A model generated the notes under the pieces. It had not been told where the DNA came from, searched no databases, and saw only the letters and a list, made by a program, of their open reading frames with translations. Below, in pieces: positions 1-9,118 of a stretch of DNA of 64,000 nucleotides (its first letter is position 1; every line of letters starts with the position of its first letter). Both the position numbers and the translations under genes were made by a program. Source of the DNA: an uncultured Flavobacteriales bacterium (GTDB taxonomy: Bacteria > Bacteroidota > Bacteroidia > Flavobacteriales_D > Parvicellaceae); assembly GCA_938075455.1 (NCBI GenBank), contig CALJHN010000006.1, positions 48,182-112,181 on the forward strand, read 5' to 3'.

Positions 1-864
1 GTTGCTAAAAAATCTGTCAAATTCGTCCAGCTTGTAAAAAACTTTTCCGTGGGTATTAACAAGCCTTAATAAATCAGGATTTCCAGCAAAAAATAATTTA
101 GTGTTAGAATGATTATGAAGATCGTCACAGAACTTTTGTAAAAGAGTAACTTTCTGTCCTACAATAAATGTAGTAAAAAGAATGTCTGGCTTTATTTTCT
201 CAATACATTGCAAAATACTTTCAAATGAAATAGTTTTTCCAACATTTACAATATCAAAGCCATTTTCTTTAAGTATCATGTTAGAGTATAATAAAGCGAA
301 ATCATGATCTTCCCAAGGTGGCAAAAATAAATAAGCTTTTTTATTTTTTCTCACTGGAGGATCTACTGACTCAATAGCATTATAGAATTTTTGTTTGATA
401 AGATTGGATAAAAAATGTTCCTGAGCAGGAAATAGTTCCCCTGATGACCATAAAGCACCAATTCTTCTAAGAGTTGGGATAAATACATTCTCATAAACAA
501 AAGACAAACTATAGTCTTTTCTAAGAGATTCATATGTTCTATTGAAAAGTGGCTCGTCAAATTGAAGTGAACAAATTACAAAGTTATTGATTTGTGCTTC
601 GAAGGATGCAGAGTTTGATGTTAATGATATTACCTTACTTGAAAGTTCGTCCAAAGATAATGAAGCTATTTTACTAATCTTAAGCCCATTGTTAATTAAG
701 AAGGATATATTTAATATTTTTTTAAGTTGGTCGTCATTGTAAGCTCTAATATTGGTATCAGATCTTTCAGGACTAACTATATTATATCGTTTTTCCCAGA
801 TTCGTATAGTGTGGGATTTAATACCAGAAAGTTTTTCAAGGTCAGCGATTGAATAAGTTTGCAT
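1..864 (-). CDS. MerR-family transcriptional regulator with C-terminal cobalamin (B12)-binding domain (CarH/LitR-like); C-terminus truncated by window edge
   Basis: Absent from ORF track because no stop lies inside the window. My translation of the minus strand from ATG (864-862) stays open for 288 codons to nt 1: MQTYSIADLEKLSGIKSHTIRIWEKRYNIVSPERSDTNIRAYNDDQLKKILNISFLINNGLKISKIA (MerR HTH) ... PPWEDHDFALLYSNMILKENGFDIVNVG (E-x-H-x-x-G/A type B12 lower-ligand motif followed by a Rossmann-like strand). Confidence 0.75.
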   Translation of the reverse strand, partial: MQTYSIADLEKLSGIKSHTIRIWEKRYNIVSPERSDTNIRAYNDDQLKKILNISFLINNGLKISKIASLSLDELSSKVISLTSNSASFEAQINNFVICSLQFDEPLFNRTYESLRKDYSLSFVYENVFIPTLRRIGALWSSGELFPAQEHFLSNLIKQKFYNAIESVDPPVRKNKKAYLFLPPWEDHDFALLYSNMILKENGFDIVNVGKTISFESILQCIEKIKPDILFTTFIVGQKVTLLQKFCDDLHNHSNTKLFFAGNPDLLRLVNTHGKVFYKLDEFDRFFSN

Positions 865-922
865 TTGTTTAATTTTTAGCTAAATTACTTAAACATAACT
901 AATAAAACAAGGGTTTTAAAGA

Positions 923-960
923 TTTTTGTTTAATATTGTCTTCAAAATTATAAACAAAAA
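923..960. repeat. Perfect 10-bp inverted repeat TTTTTGTTTA (923-932) / TAAACAAAAA (951-960) with 18-bp spacer; related direct copy TTTGTTTAAT at 864-873 and 925-934
   Basis: Read directly in the 131-bp divergent intergenic region between the MerR/B12 gene and the TonB-dependent receptor gene. An operator function is inference only; AT-rich background raises chance expectation. Confidence 0.4.
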
Positions 961-995
961 TTGCAAGTTCTTAACAATTAAAATTTTCAATCCGA

Positions 996-3398
996 ATGCG
1001 TACACTTATATTATCCATAATATTATTTACAATATTCAACATTACATATTCACAAAGTGGAGTTTTAAAAGGATATGTGAAAGATGCAACTAGTAACGAA
1101 GAAATTCCATTTGCAAACGTATTTGTAGAGCAGCTAAACTCAGGAGTTGCAACAGATTTTGATGGTTTTTTTGAATTTAAGGATATGAAACCAGGGCTTT
1201 ACACCGTTAAATGTTCATTTGTTGGTTATGAGTCCAAAACATTTGCAGAAATTAATGTTAATCCGAATAAGCCTACCATACTAAACATAAAACTAGTAGA
1301 ATCCTCAACTTCTCTCGATGTTGTTGAAATAACAGCCTCTCCATTTCAAAAAAGCGAAGAAAGTCCTGTTAGTAAAAGAAGCATAAACGCTACTGAAATA
1401 TACCGAAATCCAGGGGGGAACAGAGATATTTCTAAGGTTATTACCTCACTACCAGGTGTTGCATCAACTGCCTCTTTTAGAAACGACATTATAATAAGAG
1501 GAGGCGCACCAAATGAAAACAGATTTTATTTAGACGGTATTGAAATTCCTAATATAAATCATTTTGCAACTCAAGGATCCTCAGGAGGTCCAGTGGGAAT
1601 GATAAATGTAAATTTTATAAGAGAAGTTGATTTGTACTCTGGAGCATTTCCAGCAAACAGAGGAAATACTTTAAGCTCGGTTTTAGAATTTAAACAAATT
1701 GATGGAAACCCTGATAGAATCGCCTCTACCTTAACAGTTGGGTCTAGTGACTTTGGTATTACCCTAGATGGTCCAATTAACGATAAGACAACTTTTGTGT
1801 TTTCTGCAAGAAGATCTTATTTACAATTACTTTTTAGTGCAATTGGATTACCTTTTCTTCCGACTTACAACGATTTTCAATTCAAAACTAAAACTAAAAT
1901 TAATGATAAAAATCAACTAACTTTTGTAGGTCTTGGAGCAATTGACGAATTTGAACTTAATACAGGAATCAATGACAATGAAACAGATCCTGAGGTTATT
2001 GAAAGAAACAATTATATTTTAGGATATATTCCAGTAACCACTCAATGGAATTATGCTGTAGGTGCTAATTGGACGCATTTTAAAGACAATAGTTTTCAAA
2101 ACTTTGTGTTTTCGAGAAATCACCTAAATAATAAATCTGTTAAATACAAAGATAATAATGAAATTCCTGAAAATTTAGTACAAGATTACGTTTCAGAAGA
2201 AATCGAAAATAAATTTAGATTTGAAAATACTGTTAGAAAAAATGGATGGAAATTAAATTTTGGTTCAGGAATTGAATCTGTGACATTCAAGAACAAAACA
2301 TTTCAGAAAATAGTATATCAAAATATTTCTGATACCCTAAAGTTTGAAACTAAATTAAATTTTATAAAAACAAGTCTTTTTGGTCAAATAAGTAAGAAAG
2401 CATTAGATAACAAACTAATAGCTTCATTTGGTATTAGAACAGATCAAAATTCATACTCTGAGGAAATGAGCAATCCTTTAAAGCAATTATCTCCTAGGCT
2501 TAGTCTTGCATATGCTATCGGAGAAAAAAGCAGTTTAAATTTTAACGTAGGACAATACTTTCAATTACCTGCATATACAGTTATGGGTTATCAAAATAAT
2601 AATAATGAATTAGTCAATAAAAGCAATAAAATAACTTACATAAACAATAAACATATAGTTTTTGGATTAGAAACCAATCCAGGTAATTTCAGTAAAATTA
2701 CTATTGAAGGTTTTTATAAAAAATATGATAATTATCCTTTTTTATTAAGAGACAGTATTTCACTGGCTAATCTCGGTGGAGACTTTGGAGTTATTGGCAG
2801 TGAACCAGTTACGAGCACATCTGAAGGAAGATCGTACGGAATAGAATTTTTAGCTCAAAAAAAATTAAATAAAAATTTTTACGGAATATTAGCATATACT
2901 TGGGTAAGAAGTGAATTTAAAGACAAAAATGAAATTTATATTCCCTCTGCATGGGACAATGTCCATATTGTTAGCATGACAGGAGGTGTTAAATTAAAAA
3001 AAGATTGGGAAATTGGTATGAAATTTAGATATTCTGGAGGTTCTCCATACACTCCATACGATACTTTAAATTCATCATACACTTACATATGGGATGTGAA
3101 TTCGTTTGGAGTATTTGACTATGATAATCTAAATGGAGTAAGACTAAAAGCAAATCACGGTATTGATATTAGAATTGATAAAAAATGGTATTGGCAAAAA
3201 GTAACACTAAATGTTTATTTGGACATCCAAAATTTATATAATTTTCAGGCACAAACCCCTCCAAGTTTAATTGCTTCAACAGACGGTAATGGCAACAATG
3301 TCTTAATACCTGACGACCCTTCCAGATATCAATTAAAATTTATAGAAAATACTGCTGGAACAGTTTTACCATCGATTGGATTGCAATTTGAATTTTAA
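996..3398 (+). CDS. TonB-dependent outer-membrane receptor with N-terminal carboxypeptidase-regulatory-like domain
   Basis: 800-aa ORF; signal peptide MRTLILSIILFTIFNITYSQ; CarbopepD_reg-like start GVLKGYVKDATSNEEIPFANVFV; plug-like segment (ISKVITSLPGV, IIIRGGAPNENRFYLDGIEI); long beta-strand-rich C-terminus ending GLQFEF (terminal Phe). Confidence 0.85.
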   Translation: MRTLILSIILFTIFNITYSQSGVLKGYVKDATSNEEIPFANVFVEQLNSGVATDFDGFFEFKDMKPGLYTVKCSFVGYESKTFAEINVNPNKPTILNIKLVESSTSLDVVEITASPFQKSEESPVSKRSINATEIYRNPGGNRDISKVITSLPGVASTASFRNDIIIRGGAPNENRFYLDGIEIPNINHFATQGSSGGPVGMINVNFIREVDLYSGAFPANRGNTLSSVLEFKQIDGNPDRIASTLTVGSSDFGITLDGPINDKTTFVFSARRSYLQLLFSAIGLPFLPTYNDFQFKTKTKINDKNQLTFVGLGAIDEFELNTGINDNETDPEVIERNNYILGYIPVTTQWNYAVGANWTHFKDNSFQNFVFSRNHLNNKSVKYKDNNEIPENLVQDYVSEEIENKFRFENTVRKNGWKLNFGSGIESVTFKNKTFQKIVYQNISDTLKFETKLNFIKTSLFGQISKKALDNKLIASFGIRTDQNSYSEEMSNPLKQLSPRLSLAYAIGEKSSLNFNVGQYFQLPAYTVMGYQNNNNELVNKSNKITYINNKHIVFGLETNPGNFSKITIEGFYKKYDNYPFLLRDSISLANLGGDFGVIGSEPVTSTSEGRSYGIEFLAQKKLNKNFYGILAYTWVRSEFKDKNEIYIPSAWDNVHIVSMTGGVKLKKDWEIGMKFRYSGGSPYTPYDTLNSSYTYIWDVNSFGVFDYDNLNGVRLKANHGIDIRIDKKWYWQKVTLNVYLDIQNLYNFQAQTPPSLIASTDGNGNNVLIPDDPSRYQLKFIENTAGTVLPSIGLQFEF

Positions 3399-3399
3399 T

Positions 3400-3675
3400 T
3401 TATTCTTGTAAAGCTTCAACCGAAACAATTTCAGGAATTAATAACTTAAGGTTTTCTTCCAATCCAGCTTTCATAGTGACAGAGCTAACAGAACAGGACT
3501 GACAAGCCCCTAAAAGTTTTACAATTACTCTGTTATCAGATGTAATTTCAACAAGTTCCATATCACCACCATCATTGTGTAAATACGGACGAAGGTCATC
3601 AATTGCTTTGAGTACTATTTTTTCTGTTTTATTCAATTTAGGTAGAGCATTTAGGGGTGCCATATTCAACACCAA
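3400..3675 (-). CDS. NifU-like (Nfu C-terminal domain) Fe-S cluster scaffold/carrier protein
   Basis: LRPYLHNDGGDMELVEI...VKLLGACQSCSVSSVTMKAGLE is the NifU C-terminal domain with its CxxC. True start uncertain: ATG 3675 or 3663 overlap mrp; a TTG at 3636 would give a 79-aa product starting 2 nt after the mrp stop. Confidence 0.85.
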   Translation of the reverse strand: MVLNMAPLNALPKLNKTEKIVLKAIDDLRPYLHNDGGDMELVEITSDNRVIVKLLGACQSCSVSSVTMKAGLEENLKLLIPEIVSVEALQE

Positions 3676-4753
3676 CTACTTTTGTTGGTTCTAATTTAGC
3701 ATTTCTTTCATCAATATTTAAAATTAATTTTTCACAAAGGTCACTATAATATTTTTCAACTATAGTTTCTTGTTGTAAAACAGCTGGTCTTCCAACATCG
3801 CCGCTTTGTCTTATACTTTCTACAAGTGGTACTTTTCCCAAAAGTTTGATGCTTAGCGATTTGGCTAAGTTTTCACCACCATCCTCTCCAAAAATAAAAT
3901 ACTTTTCTTGTGGATAATTTTTTGGAGTAAACCAAGACATATTTTCAACCAGACCCAAGACAGGAACTTTTATATTATCCATTTTAAGCATTGCTACTGC
4001 TTTTTTTGCATCTGCTAATGCAACTGGCTGTGGAGTAGTCACCACTACAGCACCTGTTAAAGGAAGAGACTGAACAATCGATAAATGAACATCTCCAGTT
4101 CCTGGTGGAGTATCAATAATCAAATAATCTAATTCTCCCCAATCTGCATCAAAAATCAATTGTTTTAAAGCTTTTACCGCCATTGGACCTCGCCATACTA
4201 CTGCCTCATCGAGTTCAGCAAAAAAACCAATAGAAAGAATCTTTACGCCATAATTTTCTGCAGGAACAATAACTTGTTTTTTATTAATCTCTCTTGAAAT
4301 TGGCCTGTAGTGAAGAACATCAAACATTATGGGCATAGAAGGACCATAAATATCTGCATCGACAACACCAACATTAAAACCTTTTTTTGCTAACCCAACA
4401 GCTAAATTCGCTGAAACTGTAGATTTCCCAACACCACCTTTTCCAGAAACTACTGCAATAGTATTTTTTATGTTTGGCAATACGTTTTGGGTTGCTTCTG
4501 CTTTTTTCATAGCTTGCACATTAACTTCTACAGAATAATCTTTTCCAATAGATCTTTCTATTGCAAATTCGCAAGCCTCCTGCATTCTTTTCCTTGCATG
4601 CATTGCTGCATTTTTCATTTGAACAGAGAAACTAACCTTATTCTCCAAAACTTTAATATTTGTTACTAGTCCAAGAGAAACAATATCCTTACCTAAATCA
4701 GGCTCAATTACTTTTTTTAAAGATTCAAGTATGGTTTCGGAATTGATTTTCAT
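3638..4753 (-). CDS. mrp: Mrp/NBP35 (ApbC-like) P-loop ATPase, Fe-S cluster carrier family, N-terminal DUF59/MIP18-like domain
   Basis: DUF59-like N-terminus (ILESLKKVIEPDLGKDIVSLGLV), deviant Walker A SGKGGVGKST, IIDTPPGTGD. Start moved from ORF-track 4816 to ATG 4753 (MKINSETIL...) to remove overlap with upstream gene. Canonical CxxC of the family is absent (see findings). Confidence 0.9.
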   Translation of the reverse strand: MKINSETILESLKKVIEPDLGKDIVSLGLVTNIKVLENKVSFSVQMKNAAMHARKRMQEACEFAIERSIGKDYSVEVNVQAMKKAEATQNVLPNIKNTIAVVSGKGGVGKSTVSANLAVGLAKKGFNVGVVDADIYGPSMPIMFDVLHYRPISREINKKQVIVPAENYGVKILSIGFFAELDEAVVWRGPMAVKALKQLIFDADWGELDYLIIDTPPGTGDVHLSIVQSLPLTGAVVVTTPQPVALADAKKAVAMLKMDNIKVPVLGLVENMSWFTPKNYPQEKYFIFGEDGGENLAKSLSIKLLGKVPLVESIRQSGDVGRPAVLQQETIVEKYYSDLCEKLILNIDERNAKLEPTKVVGVEYGTPKCST

Positions 4754-4785
4754 ATTGTAAACATAAATAGATAATTTACTTAAAA

Positions 4786-5112
4786 CTAAATTGTTAATTC
4801 TTTTATTGGGTCCCAAATGTATTTGCTGAAGTCTACAATACTGTCTTCCTTTATTTTCAACCCTTCTTTTTCGAGCTCTTCTTTCATATAATTTTGAGTT
4901 GGAAAATTATTTTTTCCTGTCATTAATCCATTTCTATTGACTACTCTGTGCGCTGGAATTTCACTATTTTGAGATACTTTATTCAAAGCCCAACCAACTA
5001 CCCTTGAGCTCTTTTTAGCACCCAAATAATTAGCAATCATTCCGTAACTGGTAACTTTTCCTTTGGGAATTAATTTAACAACTTCGATAACATCTTTAAA
5101 AAAATCACTCAT
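4786..5112 (-). CDS. MGMT-family DNA-binding protein lacking the acceptor cysteine (alkyltransferase-like, ATL)
   Basis: 108 aa; KGKVTSYGMIA...SSRVVGWAL...IPAHRVVNRNG aligns with the O6-alkylguanine transferase C-terminal domain, but the PCHRV active site reads PAHRV (Ala codon GCG at 4953-4951). Confidence 0.8.
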   Translation of the reverse strand: MSDFFKDVIEVVKLIPKGKVTSYGMIANYLGAKKSSRVVGWALNKVSQNSEIPAHRVVNRNGLMTGKNNFPTQNYMKEELEKEGLKIKEDSIVDFSKYIWDPIKELTI

Positions 5113-6452
5113 TTATTAACAAAGAATTTATTGTTTGTTGTGAACAGCTCAATATTAGAAATATACTCTAATACATAAACTCCACTACTATAATTGGATA
5201 AGTCAATTTTCAAATAATCAGAATTTCCTTTAAGCTCATCAACTTTAGATCCTAACATATTGTAAATATTTATTTTGTAATCAGCTAAATCTAAATGTTC
5301 TCTGTAGAAGTAAAGATAATTGGATGAAGGATTTGGAAAAACATAAAAAGGATCTTCTGCAATTGTAGGCGGGGGTTCAAAATCGAATAAATAAAGACCA
5401 GATATTCTATCAGATGCTAAAACTAGGTTACTATTATTAAAAGGATAAATCCCCCATAATCCCCTGTAAATTAGATAATCACTTCCTGGATAAGTATCGT
5501 AATAACCTATTTTCTTAGGATTAAATGGATTTGAAATATCAAAAATTTGTAACCCGTCGTTGTAATAACTAACATAGGCAGTATTATTTATAATTATAGC
5601 GTTATGTGGTAATGCCTGCTCGTAAGAATCTGCAGAAAAAGTAGAACTGACTGAAATATTATTTAAATCAGAAACATCTAGCACTTTTATCTTCATTGAA
5701 GGTGTTTCATCACACATAATGTAGGTCTTTTTATCACCTGAAATCCATCCGGAGTGGTTGTACCCTTTATCTGGGTAGACAGTAAGTGAGGACAGCTCAT
5801 AAGCAAATCCTTGGGAGTGAGATTTAATAACTCTAAGACCGTCATTTCCACAATTTAAAAAAGCAGTGTCATTGTAAACGTAGGCATCATGAACATGACC
5901 AACCTCATCGTAATTAAAAATTAATTCTGGGTAAATAGGATTACTTAGATCATAAACACTTAAAGCATGAAAACCTGAAGGTGTTGCTACAGCACATCCG
6001 TATAACTTTGCATTTGCAGTATCAATAAATATATTATGAGCACGAACTATTAACGAGTCACTGTCGTACACCAGATGAACACTGTCTGGTAAATAACTTA
6101 AATCCATAATTTGAAGAGAGCTAGCATTTTCATCACAAACTGCGTACAAATAACCATTATAATCATGAAAATCTCTATGAATGGCTTGATTTCCTGAGTA
6201 CTTTCCAGCAACGAAATCTATCTCTTCAAACCTATTGTCACTGATCCTTAAAATATGGGTGCCATTTGTAGAACCAATAATAGCGTATTTATCATTTTCA
6301 ATTTCTAATCCCCATACATCGTTAAATACTGATTCGCCGTCATTGGTAATAGGTAATCCTTCTATATACCATTGGTCAAGCAACTCAATATTATTAGATT
6401 GAGAAATCAGACAAAAAGGAATAATTAATAAAAGAATAAATATTTTTCTCAC
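5109..6452 (-). CDS. Secreted LVIVD-repeat (choice-of-anchor-B-like) beta-propeller protein with T9SS type-A C-terminal sorting domain
   Basis: GTG start, signal peptide RKIFILLLIIPFCLISQS; repeated motifs ...AYV..YNDGLQIFDISNPFNP..., ...LKVLDVSDLNN...; C-terminus VFPNPSSNYLYF...INIYNMLGSKV...IDLSNYSSGVYVLEY...KFFVNK matches the T9SS CTD pattern. Confidence 0.65.
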   Translation of the reverse strand: MRKIFILLLIIPFCLISQSNNIELLDQWYIEGLPITNDGESVFNDVWGLEIENDKYAIIGSTNGTHILRISDNRFEEIDFVAGKYSGNQAIHRDFHDYNGYLYAVCDENASSLQIMDLSYLPDSVHLVYDSDSLIVRAHNIFIDTANAKLYGCAVATPSGFHALSVYDLSNPIYPELIFNYDEVGHVHDAYVYNDTAFLNCGNDGLRVIKSHSQGFAYELSSLTVYPDKGYNHSGWISGDKKTYIMCDETPSMKIKVLDVSDLNNISVSSTFSADSYEQALPHNAIIINNTAYVSYYNDGLQIFDISNPFNPKKIGYYDTYPGSDYLIYRGLWGIYPFNNSNLVLASDRISGLYLFDFEPPPTIAEDPFYVFPNPSSNYLYFYREHLDLADYKINIYNMLGSKVDELKGNSDYLKIDLSNYSSGVYVLEYISNIELFTTNNKFFVNK

Positions 6453-6568
6453 AGATATTGCAAAGTTAATAATAGTTAAGGTATTTTTATTAAAGAATTT
6501 TATTCGTTTATTTGTTTATAAACCAAACTGAAAAGTTATTTAAAATTCTTTCTAATTTTTCTAGAAAA

Positions 6569-7282
6569 ATGAAGAGTGTAGTAATTATACCTACTTATAA
6601 TGAGATTGAAAATATTTCTAATATAATTTATGCTGTATTAGCTAAAAAAGATGATTTTCATATTCTAATTGTAGATGATCAATCTCCTGATGGAACTGCA
6701 AAGGTTGTTAAAGAAATCATGAAAAAAAATAAGTCTGTATTTATTGAAGAAAGAAAGGAAAAGTCTGGTTTAGGGACTGCCTATATTCATGGGTTTAAAT
6801 GGGCCATTAAAAACAAGTACGATTACATCTTTGAAATGGATGCAGATTTCTCTCATAGTCCTGACGACTTACCAAGATTACTTTATAATTGCGCGAACGA
6901 ATCTGCAGACTTATGTGTTGGGTCTAGATATGTCCCTGGAGGGAAGATTATCAATTGGCCAAAATCAAGGTATTGGTTATCCTTCTACGCATCGCTATAT
7001 GTGAGGTTAATCTTGGGAATAAATATTAAAGACACTACTGCAGGATTTAAATGTTATTCAAGAAAAGTATTGGAAAAAATTGATTTAGATAATATTTGGT
7101 TTGTTGGTTACGCATTTCAAATAGAAATGAAATATAGCGCTATTAAATTAGGCTTTAAAGTAAAAGAAATTCCTATTCACTTTAAAGATAGAGAACATGG
7201 ACAGTCTAAGATGAATATTGGAATTTTTAAAGAGGCTTTTGTAGGAGTATTAAAATTAAGATCGAAAAAATTTGAAAATTAA
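6569..7282 (+). CDS. GT2-family polyprenol-phosphate mannosyltransferase (Dpm1-like)
   Basis: VVIIPTYNEIENI, ILIVDDQSPDGT, FEMDADFSH motifs typical of dolichyl/polyprenyl-phosphate mannose synthases. Start set at ATG 6569 rather than TTG 6512. Confidence 0.8.
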   Translation: MKSVVIIPTYNEIENISNIIYAVLAKKDDFHILIVDDQSPDGTAKVVKEIMKKNKSVFIEERKEKSGLGTAYIHGFKWAIKNKYDYIFEMDADFSHSPDDLPRLLYNCANESADLCVGSRYVPGGKIINWPKSRYWLSFYASLYVRLILGINIKDTTAGFKCYSRKVLEKIDLDNIWFVGYAFQIEMKYSAIKLGFKVKEIPIHFKDREHGQSKMNIGIFKEAFVGVLKLRSKKFEN

Positions 7283-8612
7283 AAGCGTAATAAGAAATGC
7301 AGAAATCATTAACGAAAATCAACAATTTTTCGGGGATATTGCTATTGAGGATTCTGAAATTTCAGAAATTAAAAAAGGGTCCATAACTGGAACATTCGAC
7401 CATGAATATGATGCAACAGGACTAATAGCTATTCCAGGAATGATTGATGATCAAGTTCATTTTAGAGAGCCTGGATTAACACGCAAAGCAAATATTTATT
7501 CAGAATCAAGAGCTGCAGTGGCGGGCGGAATTACAAGTTTCATGGAAATGCCTAATACAGTTCCCAATACTGTAACCCAAGACCTATTAGAAGAAAAATA
7601 TGCTATAGCGAATAAAAACTCAATAGCAAATTATTCCTTTTTCATGGGTGCAAATAATGAAAATCTTCAAGAGGTATTGAAAACCAATCCTAGTAATGTT
7701 TGTGGCATTAAAGTTTTTATGGGTTCTTCTACTGGAAATATGCTCGTTGATAATAAACAGACATTGTCTCAAATATTTAAAAATAGCTCTTTGCTAATAG
7801 CTACCCACTGTGAAGATGAACAAACTATAAGAAAAAATACTGCCATATTTAAAGAAAAATATGGAGAGAACATCCCTTTTGAAATGCATCCTATAATTAG
7901 ATCAGAAGAAGCTTGTTATTTATCTTCTTCATTGGCTGTTGATTTGGCAAAAAAATACGAAACAAGGCTTCATGTATTACATATTTCAACTGCAAAAGAA
8001 TTGGAGCTTTTTAACAATAACCAGCCCATAAGAAATAAAAAAATAACTGCTGAATGCTGTATTCATCATTTGTGGTTCAATGATTCAAAATATTTAGATA
8101 AAAAAAGTTTAATTAAATGGAACCCAGCAGTCAAATCAGAAAATGACAGAAAAGCGCTTATTAAAGCTATAAATGAAAATATAATTGATGTAATTGCAAC
8201 TGATCACGCTCCCCATAGTTTTGAAGAGAAAAATAATTCCTATTTGTCGGCTCCATCCGGTGGCCCATTAGTCCAACATGCTTTACTTACCTTACTTGAG
8301 CTAGAAAAAACCAATCAAATGAATTTGAAACAAATTGTAAAGAAGACTAGTCACGATGTTGCAGAATGCTTTAAAATTGAAAAAAGAGGTTATCTGAGAA
8401 CTGGTTATTTTGCAGATATAGCTCTTTTGGATAGAAATACAAATACGAAAGTAGAGAAAGAAAATATTTTATATAAATGTGGATGGTCTCCCTTCGAAGG
8501 AACCAAATTCACAAGTACTATTAATAGCACATTCATTAATGGTTTAAGAGTTTATCACAAAGGAGAATTTGACAAAAATAATACCGGAATGAGATTAACA
8601 TTTAATAAGTGA
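7272..8612 (+). CDS. pyrC: Dihydroorotase (amidohydrolase superfamily, long form)
   Basis: 446 aa; IPGMIDDQVHFREPG (HxH-type metal site context), ATDHAPH, amidohydrolase layout; TTG start overlapping previous gene by 11 nt. Confidence 0.75.
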   Translation: MKIKSVIRNAEIINENQQFFGDIAIEDSEISEIKKGSITGTFDHEYDATGLIAIPGMIDDQVHFREPGLTRKANIYSESRAAVAGGITSFMEMPNTVPNTVTQDLLEEKYAIANKNSIANYSFFMGANNENLQEVLKTNPSNVCGIKVFMGSSTGNMLVDNKQTLSQIFKNSSLLIATHCEDEQTIRKNTAIFKEKYGENIPFEMHPIIRSEEACYLSSSLAVDLAKKYETRLHVLHISTAKELELFNNNQPIRNKKITAECCIHHLWFNDSKYLDKKSLIKWNPAVKSENDRKALIKAINENIIDVIATDHAPHSFEEKNNSYLSAPSGGPLVQHALLTLLELEKTNQMNLKQIVKKTSHDVAECFKIEKRGYLRTGYFADIALLDRNTNTKVEKENILYKCGWSPFEGTKFTSTINSTFINGLRVYHKGEFDKNNTGMRLTFNK

Positions 8613-9118
8613 TTAAATATTTTAAAATATTTTTTCTTTTAATTGCATTAACAAGTTGTTTAGAAGAAAAACCAAAAGATAATATTAAATATCCGCCTAT
8701 TAAAGAAAAGGAATTTCAGACCTTAATTAAAAAAATATGGTTAGTAAACGCACACCTTTACAACAATAAAAAATTCACACAAATCCCCAGAGATAGTGTT
8801 GGAAGTATCACCAATAAACTTTTAGAGGATTATGGTTATAAAAAAGAAGATTTCAAAAAATCTATAAAGTATTACTCAGAAAACCCAAGATTACTTGATA
8901 GTATAATTAAAGACCTTAGGGATAGTTTAGAGAAAGTTTTTACGGGTATTTCTCATGATGTTAATGAGGACGATCAGATATTAATTCAACAAGATTCCGT
9001 TAAAAAAATATTAAAAGAAAGTTTTAAATTTAAAGATAAAATGAAATTAAAAAAAGATTTAAAACCTTCGATTAAATCCGGAAACCAAATATTAGATACT
9101 TTTAAAATTGAAAAATGA
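8609..9118 (+). CDS. Lipoprotein of unknown function (possibly DUF4296 family, as commonly found after dihydroorotase in flavobacteria)
   Basis: GTG start overlapping pyrC stop; lipobox-like IALTSC; Lys/Glu-rich, no catalytic motifs recognised. Family assignment from memory of synteny only. Confidence 0.5.
   Translation: MIKYFKIFFLLIALTSCLEEKPKDNIKYPPIKEKEFQTLIKKIWLVNAHLYNNKKFTQIPRDSVGSITNKLLEDYGYKKEDFKKSIKYYSENPRLLDSIIKDLRDSLEKVFTGISHDVNEDDQILIQQDSVKKILKESFKFKDKMKLKKDLKPSIKSGNQILDTFKIEK

Noticed and set aside
363-560. 65-aa ORF listed in the track (minus strand)
   Set aside because: It lies entirely inside the 288-codon MerR/B12 reading frame on the same strand, in a different frame. Its sequence is low complexity with no recognisable motif, so the longer conserved frame explains the region.
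865-995. Possible cobalamin riboswitch ahead of the TonB-dependent receptor
   Set aside because: Only 131 bp of very AT-rich sequence is available. There is no G/C-rich B12-box-like core or paired-stem architecture, and the region is too short for the roughly 200-nt element.
4754-4816. N-terminal extensions in ORF-track models: mrp to 4816, GT2 from 6512, adk to 11868, OMP to 17296, trmB from 18582, icd to 24609, DUF4290 from 48035, grpE from 50640
   Set aside because: The extensions start at TTG or poorly placed codons, overlap neighbouring genes or candidate promoter boxes, and add non-conserved residues ahead of canonical N-termini or signal peptides. Internal ATG starts give tidy spacing.
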